From Squalus acanthias (Eukaryota): a stretch of DNA of 64,000 bases. Positions within the stretch are counted from its first letter, which is position 1; each line of letters starts with the position of its first letter. The notes beneath the pieces are model-generated. The model did no database searches and had not been told where the DNA came from. It worked only from the letters and a program-made list of their open reading frames with translations. Where the stretch lies: NCBI GenBank assembly GCA_030390025.1, contig CM059432.1, positions 86,988,001 through 87,052,000 on the forward strand. Direction: 5' to 3'. Shown here piece by piece: positions 52,535-61,617 of the stretch. The position numbers were made by a program, and so were the translations under genes.

Positions 52535-53209
52535 CTTAACTCTGTTTCTTTCTCCACAGATGCTGCCTGACCTGCTGAGTGTTTTCCAGCATTTTCTGTT
52601 TTTATTTCAAATTTCCAGCATCTGCTGTATTTTGCTTCTGTCTATAACTTGCTGCTTTTAGTCTTTAGCATGCAGGTAATCCTGTGTAACTGCTTCACTA
52701 GGTTGATACCCAAGGTATGCCTGATGCTAATTCTGGCACATCATTCTACATGCCATATTGAACTTGTCATAATTCAAATATGTCTGGAATTACTCAAAAT
52801 GACCTTCCCCCATTCCTGTCTCTTCCCAGCCCAGCCAAGCCCCCACTTTCATTCTCTCTCTCAATCCCAGATATGTTTTCCCAGCCCAAGCCACCACTTT
52901 CTTCTAGCTCAGGCAGTCTTTCCCAGCACCTGCAGCAGCTCCCAGAGAATTTTTTTTAGACAGATACAGAGATGATAAGAAGAAGTGTGTGAGAGGCATA
53001 CAGAGACAAAGAAGGGAAGGGGTAGACATAAAGGAGGCAATTTTAACCCTGCTGCAGAAACCTGGTGGGTGGGCAGTTAAAATCGCCCTGGATTTTACCT
53101 GTCCAAAAGCCGCCATGATCGCAACATCTGCAATTTTAACCTGCTCTCCTGAGCAGGCAGCAAGGATATGCGCCCTGAGCCAACAGGGTCCTTCTTTACA
53201 TATGCATGT

Positions 53210-53582
53210 TTTTTTAAATTCGTTTTTATGCGATGTGGGCGTCGCTGGCAAGGCCAGCATTTATTGCCCATCCCTAATTGCCCTTGAGAAGGTGGTGGTG
53301 AGCCGCCTTCTTGAACTGCTGCAGTCCATGTGGTGAGGGTATTCCCACAGTGCTGTTAGGTAGGGAGTTCCAGGATTTTGACCCAGCGATGATGAAGGAT
53401 CGGCGATATACTTCTAAGTCAGGATGATGTGCGACTTGGAGGGGAACCTGGAGGTGGTGGTGTTCCAATCCATCTGCTGCCCTTGTCCTTCTAGGTGGAA
53501 GAGGTTGCAGGTTTGGGAGGTGCTGCTGAAGAAGCCTTGGCGAGTTGCTACAGTGCATCTTGTAGATGGTACGCACTGCAGC
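53210..53582 (-). mobile_element. Zenon-like LINE 3' fragment
   Basis: TIYKMHCSNSPRLLQQHLPN matches ORF 606-1112; A-rich tail. Confidence 0.88.
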
Positions 53583-53847
53583 TCAATGACATCATTGAGA
53601 CCCGACTGTAATTTTAACTCAGGCCCGAGTGGGGAATCCACATAGAGTTAAAGTGTGGAAGACAGATAGAGAAATAATTAGCAAATGGCAGAAAATCATA
53701 GCCAGTTACTGGAATGGGGAGAGGCAATTTTTTTAAATCTTTGTCTGAACACAGTGTCATGGAAGATGAACCATATATAATGTTGTACTGTGTCACTTGG
53801 GAATCAACACAAAAAAATCAAACAAGTTGACCTAAGCCTGAACTTAT

Positions 53848-54727
53848 GGCCATGATTTTGCAGGCGCTCAGAGGGCGGGTTTGGAGGCGGGTCAGAGGTT
53901 AAAGTGCTATTGATTGATGGCGGGTTCCGAATCCGCCGTCAACCCGCTTCCAAACAACCTTCCCAAGTGTCGGGTCCCCGATTTGCAAATGGACTCGACA
54001 CCTAACGGCGGGAAATGGATTAAAGGCAATTAACTGCCTATTAACAGGTACTTGTCAGCAGTTTTCAGGCTGTTTTTCGATTTTCCAGCTTCTGGGTCGG
54101 GTTTCACGACGTCCGGACAACACGCCAGGTAAGTGTGGCGTGTTGTGAGTCTGGTCTGATGTTTGTGGAATGATGACAGCTGCAGAAGTGGTGTTAAGGA
54201 TGCAATGTTGCACATGGTGAGTTTCAAGGGCAAAGAAAATGTTGGTTACTGCATTTTTAATGCATATACAGATTTCTTTAGCTTACAAGTTTTTAAATCC
54301 AACTGTATGTCCAGTGCCACCTCATTGGGAGAACCTCTCTCACCAGTGACAGATCGCTTCTGTCATCTCACCTGTAGCTGCCATCTATTCCAGCATATGG
54401 AGGGAGTCATTGGAGAGTCTGGGTGCAAGAGTTCACCTTTGTGCAGTGATTGTCAGTGTTTTCAACACCTCAATGCTGTCAAACACTGAAAAATCAACTG
54501 TCAAAATAAAATTGTGCATGGTCCCTTTAAGGAAACCAGCAGATGACGCATCATCAAATGACATCATCAGACCTGCTTCCTGTTAATTGGCTGGTAAGTA
54601 GGGCGGGCTTAACAAGGCCAATCAAGGGAAAATCACGTCTGTGGAGCGGAGGCAGCTGGGGGCTGGACCGGAACCCGGAAACCATCTGACCCGTACCCAT
54701 CCCGATACCGAGGAGAAAATCGCGGCC
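53848..54727. mobile_element. Harbinger MITE, 880 bp
   Basis: TIRs GGCCATGATTTT / AAAATCGCGGCC; TSD TAT. Confidence 0.9.
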
Positions 54728-54732
54728 TATTT

Positions 54733-55198
54733 GTCAGCTGTGGCTCAGTGGGTAACACTCATGCCTCTGGGTCAGAAGGTTGTGGGTTCAAGTCCCACTC
54801 CAGAGACTTGAGCACAAAAATCTAGGCTGACACTCCAGTGCCGTACTGAGGGAGTGCTGCACTGTTGGAGGTGCTGTCTTTTGGATGAGACATTAAACCG
54901 AGGCCCCATCTGCTCTCTCAAATGGACATAAAGAACCCAAGGCACTATTTCAAAGAAGAACAGGGGAGTTATCCCCGGTGTCTTGCCAATATTTATCCCT
55001 CAATCAACATAACAAAAACTGATTATCTGGTCATTATCTCATTGCTGTTTGTGGGAGCTTGCTGTGCACAAATTGTCTGCCACATTTCCTATATTACAAC
55101 AGTGACTACACTTCAAAAGTACTTCATTGGCTGTAAAGTGCCTTAGGATGTCCGGTGGTCGTGAAAGGCGCTATATAAATGCAAGTCCTTTCTTTTTT
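54733..55198 (+). mobile_element. Full-length Deu-domain tRNA SINE (SacSINE1/AmnSINE1-like)
   Basis: Pol III A box TGGCTCAGTGGG, B box GGTTCAAGTCC, Deu-like core, T-rich tail. Confidence 0.9.
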
Positions 55199-55749
55199 TA
55201 CACACAATAATGACGTACTAAGCACCAGCCTTCAGTGTTAGTGGTCAAAGACAAGAGCCCAGTCCATATAAATCCATCAGCAACTCCACGGGAGGTACAC
55301 TAGTAATTAAAAACTCTTTAATATAACAATTATTTGGCCTTGAAGTATGAAGTCAGTGTTTGTTACTGAAATCTGCAAATTAGTACTTGCTGTAAGACAT
55401 TTTCCAAAGAAACCTGCAGCACAGAACGGAGTGAACCGACGAACACAGTGTCCAGAGTCACACAGTGCATCGCTGGCAAACAGAGCCCAGGCCCTCATCC
55501 CATTGCTTTGGGCTGAACATGTAAAAAAAAAATGTATTTCAATTTCAGACACATTTATAATCAGTTTATTCTGAGCTAGTTTTGGTAATCCCATAGAATT
55601 ACTCGCGCAAGGGGGGAATTGTTTGGCCTGATTATTTATCAGGTTAGTAAACAAATCAAGAGTGACATGGTTAGAAATTTGAGGATGTCATTGCACCTGG
55701 TGCTATACATTTATTATTTTAGATTAACATTTTAAGATTCATTATAAGG

Positions 55750-56150
55750 CTTTCTCTGATGGCTCATTTGGTGAAGAAGTGAGTGACTGAACGACATGGA
55801 CCAGGAAGGTCCAGGGTTATATTCCCAGTCTGTGCTAAATCAGCGGCTCTCAGGCAGATTGCCAGTCGGAATGTGTCTACAATTGCCCTTAGTGCTTGTG
55901 AAATAGGGAGGGAGAATACCGGCTAGGATTTCGGCTCCTGATCCAGTGACTCTATTCTGAAAAGTGCATGTGTGGGGATGCTTGGTGAGAATGTGTTTAG
56001 GGCTCAACTGTGATGCCCACCAAGGTCATCACTCACAGTCTCAGCTCACACATAAACAATGGCCACTTGGGCAAGGTACTGAATATGCCTGATACTTGTG
56101 GAACTCTACGCTAGCGTGTCACTGCCTTCAGAGAAGATTGAGGAAAAAAA
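55750..56150 (+). repeat. Unclassified SINE-like repeat (tRNA-like head, purine/A-rich tail)
   Basis: A-box-like tggctcatttgg, B-box-like ggttatattcc; related pieces at 6020-6300 and 8995-9170. Confidence 0.55.
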
Positions 56151-56766
56151 GTAAATTGATTGTCCATAGTACAGCACAGAATAGTTGTAATACAGCACGT
56201 GCTGTAGCACAAATTTACCACGGTGAAAGTGGCCAACATGGAGTCACTGATGTTCAGTTGGAGCAGGTCCTCCGGGAACTAAGCACGTCTGAAAATTCCT
56301 CACTGAGGCATTAGTAAAGGATAGTTTCTGAAAATCAGAGACAGAAGAATTGGAATTGAGTTTAATTGCATTCTTAGATTAGTATATGCTTATATGTGGA
56401 AATTCATGTTGTTAACAATGGTATGTTATCATTATCTCTGAACCTCTTCAAATTATTCGAGTTGTAGAGAATCCAGTGCATTAAATTATGAATTCTCAGC
56501 TTTAGTAAATGAGCACAGATAAATATGTGACTCGTATACGCTGGCCATGCTCATTCAGTAAGAATCCTGTCCCAGTTTACCTTCAGGATTCTATTTTTGC
56601 AATAACTTTATTGGCAGTTTGTTTGAGATCCGTTTCTTTTTGCTAGCACAGAAGAGCTGTTATTTTTAAAAGTCCGTGAGTGCAGCATCAACAAGAGTGT
56701 TCCATTAACACGCAAACAGTTAGATACCAAAAATATCTTTAGAGGAAAATGCACTACTTGTATAAT

Positions 56767-57530
56767 GGCCCAGAAATTGGAGTTCGATGGTTGCCGCGGG
56801 GGTAAGGATCCCCCGCGATATCGCACTCCGCGCCTGCCTTTATGGTTTTGGCCCACACGAACTTCAGTTCCTGGGCCTCTCCCTGGTGCCGGCGCGCAGT
56901 GTGTGCGTGTCCCAGAGGCGCAGTTAGTGCGATGCGACCTCTGGGATCACGTGGGCCAGTTAGAGCCAATGGCAGCACACCATCTTTCATTCATAGTTTT
57001 GACAGGAAGAGCTGTCAAAACTATAAATACAACAAGCCCCCAAAAGAACAGCTAAACCTCAATTAAATTTAAAAAAAGCCATCACATTAATAAAATTACT
57101 ATAGTTAAATAAATTAACCACTTTAAACAAAAATTTAAATTTTTGAAAAAATTTAAATTCTTTTTAAAAGTTATAAAAATAAACTTACCTTTCTTTAAAG
57201 TCTCTAAAAAAGATAAACCTGTTGAAAAAAATTTAAAATAATACTTAATTAACTACTTACCTTGTTAAAAGGAGGTCTTACGCCTGCTTTCTTCATGTGT
57301 AAAATCTTCAACACTTACCTGCGCGTTCAAACTTGAAAAAAAAACTAAGTGTGCTGCGTGCGCACAGCCTGTAGTGGGCATGCGGTTCACTTAGGAACCG
57401 CCCCCTTCGCAATACCCGAAGTGCCGGTTTCCCGCGCATGCACAGTGCATGCAGGAAACCGGCACTTCGGGACCTAATACGCGAGAGTACACAGTGCGTA
57501 ATCTCCCGTATTAGGTCTAATTTTCGGGCC
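56767..57530. mobile_element. Harbinger-type MITE, 764 bp, AT-rich interior
   Basis: TIRs GGCCCAGAAATT / AATTTTCGGGCC; TSD AAT. Confidence 0.88.
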
Positions 57531-57684
57531 AATAGCTCCTACAATACTTTTAATTAGAGTTACTGATAAATGTTAATAAATAAAAGGCCCTATACTGGTT
57601 TAGAACATTGCAAACCGTGCTGATGACAGTGAGACAACTACTGAGTTTGTGCATGAAATCCATTAGTTGGAAAGGAAGAAAAAG

Positions 57685-57812
57685 AGAAAGACTTGAATTT
57701 ATACAGCACTTTATCATAACTCTCAAATGTCTCAAAGCACTTCATATACAATGTATTACTTTGAAATGTAGTGACACTTGTTATTAGGCAAATGCTGTAG
57801 CTATTTTATGCA
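57685..57812 (-). mobile_element. Deu-type SINE 3' fragment
   Basis: aaagacttgaatttatacagcac...aaagcactt matches the SINE tail at 25751. Confidence 0.7.
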
Positions 57813-57976
57813 TGGGTTGGGGAGGGGGCCTATAGTTTCATTGTTAGTTTTCCTGAGTAGAGTTTTGTGCATTGGGAGTGCATGTCAGAGATGAACTGTG
57901 ATCTGGTAGGAGTGGCACTTGCAAGGAACGCATTTGAGGAAATCGCGGATGTCATTAATTCCAATGGGCGGAAAAT

Positions 57977-59240
57977 CATAAGAACATAAGAAATAGGAGC
58001 AGGAGTAGGCCATTTGGCTCTTTGAGCCTGCTCCGCCATTCAATAAGATCATGGGTGATCTTCTACCTCAACTCCACTTTCCTGAACTATCCCCATATCC
58101 CTTGATTCCCTTAATATTCAAAAATCTATCAATCTCTGTCTTGAATATACTCAACGACTGAGCCTCCACAGCCCTCTGGGGTAGAGAATTCCAAAGATTC
58201 ACCACCCTCTGAGTGAAGAAATTTCTCCTCATCTCAGTCCTAAATGGTCGACCCCTTATTCTGAGACTGTGACCCCTGGTTCTAGACTCTCCAGCCAGGG
58301 GAAACATCCTCCCTGCATCTACCCAGTCAAGCCCTGTAAGAATTTTGTATGTTTCAATGAGATCACCTTTCATTCTTCTAAACTCTAGAGAATATAGGCC
58401 TAGTCTACTCAATCTCTCCTCATAGGACAATCCCCCCATCCCAGGAACCAGTCTGGTGAACGTTTGTTGCACTCCCTCTATGGCAAGTATATCCTTCCTT
58501 AGGTAAGGAGACCAAAACTGTACACAGTACTCCAGGTGTGGTCTCACCAGGGCCCAATATAATTGCAGTAAGACGTCTTTACTCTTATACTCAAATCCTC
58601 TTGTAATAAAGGCCAACATACCATTTGCTTTCCTAATTGCTTGCTGTACCTGCATGTTAACTTTCAGTACAAGGACACCCAGGTCCCTCTGAATACCAAC
58701 ATTTCCCAATATCTCACCATTTAAAAAATACTCTGCTTTTCTATTTTTCCTACCAAAGTGGATAACTTCACATTTCTCCACATTATATTCCATTTGCCAT
58801 GTTATTGCCCACTCACTTAGCCTGTCTATGTCCCCTTGAAGCCTCCTTGCATCCTCCTCACAACTTACATTCCCACCCAGCTTTGTATCATCAGCAAACT
58901 TGGATATATTACATTTGGTCCCCTCATCCAAATCATTGATGTAGATTGTGAATAGCTGAGGCCCAAGCACTGATCTTTGCGATACCCCACTAGTTACAGC
59001 CTGCCAACCCGAAAATGATCCGTTTATTCCTACTCTCTGTTTTCTGTCCGTTAACCAATCCTCAATCCCTGCTAGTATATTACCCCCAATCCCATGAGCC
59101 CTAATTTTGTTTAATAACCTCTTGTGTGGCACCTTATCGAAGGCCTTCTGAAAATCCAAATGCACCACATCCACTGGTTCCCCCTTATCTATTCTGCTAG
59201 TTACAACCTCAAAAAACTCTAACAGATTTGTCAAACATGA
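57977..59240 (-). mobile_element. 5'-truncated CR1 with an open RT C-terminal frame
   Basis: ORF 58068-59279 (FADD, RPHLEYC, NLWNSLP); cataagaacataag tail; flanked by possible MITE ends GGGCCTATAGTT (~57827) and AACTGTAGGCCC (~59251). Confidence 0.95.
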
Positions 59241-60207
59241 ACTGTAGGCCCGCAATTCCTTGAGATGGGCTCTCTGCAAGTGTTACTCTCCACTGGAACA
59301 TTAGATTACAGAATCAGCCGATGGGGAATTCAGGTGCACACCTGCTTCATGGTCCACAATTTTCTGTCCAGAATATTTATCCTTACCTGGGACTTCTAAA
59401 GATAAAACGTAGTCCTGGATGTATGAGGTAGAACAGTGTCCCATTCTACAGTGCTGCCAACCCTCGCCTTAATCAACAATTTTAAAAACTAAATAAAAAC
59501 TATAAGCCAGATAATTTGTGTCTTATTACATGCTTATATAATCACAGTTTTCAGTTTGTGAATTTTTCTCTGTATCTCTTAATTTGAAAGATTGGTAATA
59601 TTTGGATGACAGGGTGCAATCTGTATCATGATAGTGCTACCTGACATGTTACATTGTAACTGTGACATATTAGTTCTCATTTAAAAAAATTAGGATATTG
59701 TAATAGTTATCCTCTGTGAGAAAGTGGTCACAAGACTAAACTTGACAGATAGAGACTGTCAGCGAGCAGGTATGCAAGTTGGTTGACATAAAACAGGCTA
59801 AATTCCATTACTTTGTTTTCATTAATGTAAAGTGAGGGAAATGGCAGGTTTATTAGGAAAGCACATTTTGAATGTATGACGTGATGCGCTTTTGTCCTTC
59901 CACTGGTTGAGCCAGTGTTAATTACACACAGGCCCTGGTACAGAGCGTAGACCAGTACGTCTCATTTACCAACACTTTTTGTTTAATGGTGTAGCTAAAG
60001 AAAGAGATGATGTTATTCATAATAAGAAGAAGGGGTCTGCCATTTTAGTGAGTGGATGCGTCATAGAAATCATGTAACTCTTAGGCAAACCTGTCCAGTG
60101 TATCTTGCAGTTTGGATAATATTTTGTAACTGTCATCTGTAATATTAATGTGAACGTTAGTTGGCATTCCTACCAGAGGGCTAACTAAGGTGATTTCTAC
60201 TGAGTCA

Positions 60208-60580
60208 TGTGTGTGTGTGTGTGTGTTTGTGTGTGTGTGACATATATATGTATGTATGTATATATGTATGTGTGTGTGTTATAATATAGAATCATAGAAT
60301 GATACAGCACAGAAGGAGGCCATTCGGCCCATCGTGCCTGTGCCGGCTCTTTGAAGAATTAGACCCACTGCCCGGCTCTGTTGACATAGCCCTGTAATTT
60401 TTTTCCTGTCAAGTATTTATCCAATTCCCTATTGAAAGTTACTATTGAATCTGCTCCCACCACCCTTTCAGGCCGTGCATTCCAGATCGCAACAACTCGC
60501 CTCATGTATTTTTCCTTATGTTGCCTCTAGTCCTTTTGCCTATATATATGTATATATATGTATATATATGTGTATATAGT
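60208..60580. repeat. (TG)n/(TA)n microsatellites flanking a short minus-strand CR1 3' fragment (60285-60540)
   Basis: Visible dinucleotide runs; atagaatcatagaat tail and similarity to 10270-10436. Confidence 0.85.
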
Positions 60581-61617
60581 GGGTGGGGGGAGAATTGCAG
60601 TGACATCAGCCTTTGTGCTGTCCATTACAATCACTCAGAATGTAAAAATAGTAATATTCAAGATGAAATAACAAAATAAAAATATTTAAAACAAAAAATA
60701 AATGATCAGTATTTTGCATAAATAATAATGGATTTCAGGGTGTGATTATGCCATAAAATTATGCCATAAACAATGAAAGCAAAGCTTATAACAAAAGCTT
60801 ATAATTAAAGCAACAGATTATAACTGCCGGATAAACCCTAAGATGAGTTCGCATCCTTGAGATTGCTCCAAGGTTTTAGATAGCCAGCCAGTGTAGAACA
60901 TGTGGCATCACAGATCTACGGTTCATGGGATCACACCTGAGATTCTAAAATATGGTGAGTTCCTAATTTCAACTCTGCCACTGCAGGGAAGTAGTGAGAA
61001 AAGGCAGAGCCAGAAGGAGAGAAGGAGGCAGAGCCGGAAGGGCGAGATACCATGGGCTACTCTGAAGATCCCTAATAGGCTTGGTTAGTCATAGTTCAGC
61101 ACTGATGGAAGCCCGGGAACAAGTTTTTAATCTGTCCTCTTTGTCAGAAACAGATTGTACTGGCAGGAGACGTTAATGTCAAAAGAGGAGAAAGCCAAGT
61201 TTACTAAAAATGAAAATACTTCAGGGTGTTTCTTTATAATGTATACATAAATGCATGGTAGTGGTTTTAATCTATTCAGAATCTATTGACAGTAACTGAT
61301 GGTCAGTAATTGTTGGTGAGTGATGTTTGTACTGAAAGATTAACAATTATAACCATAACTAGTTTGCCAGTACACTCAGCACATGTTCTACTAGTTTACC
61401 TCTGATTACTTTTCCTGAAAAGATAGGAGAACGTGTCCTTTGATTCTGGAGTGCTTTAGTATAGCCGCACCTTTCATCGACACTGTGTGCCCAGTCAATT
61501 ATCTTCCATGAAAGGAAATCTCCAAACATTCCATTCCTCAGTGCCAAGTTCTTCTCATCACTCGAATCCATGCAGGTCCAACCGACGGTCAGTATTAAAT
61601 TTCAACACAAAGTGTAT

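Larger units (their letters stand above)
45572..52645 (+). mobile_element. Penelope-like retroelement 3' part (45572-46147, 50326-50377, 52535-52645) split by Harbingers
   Basis: FNSPLHSHS...LHCSNDAQCKLKEQHFIFLLSTLQASCLNIEYNNFR resembles a GIY-YIG C-terminus; pieces rejoin across the TSDs. Confidence 0.82.

Noticed and set aside
54733..54800. tRNA gene
   Set aside because: The A and B boxes belong to a SINE head that continues into the Deu core and tail; I could not fold a complete cloverleaf.
55400..56315. Candidate exons at about 55415-55512 (minus) and 56170-56312 (plus)
   Set aside because: Open frames exist but the donors are weak and the peptides are unrecognised; not supportable without transcripts.
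60890..61590. Exon-like segments with AG/GT boundaries
   Set aside because: One implied intron is only about 30 nt and the 61427-61587 segment has stops in all three frames. No support for coding; non-coding exons cannot be excluded.
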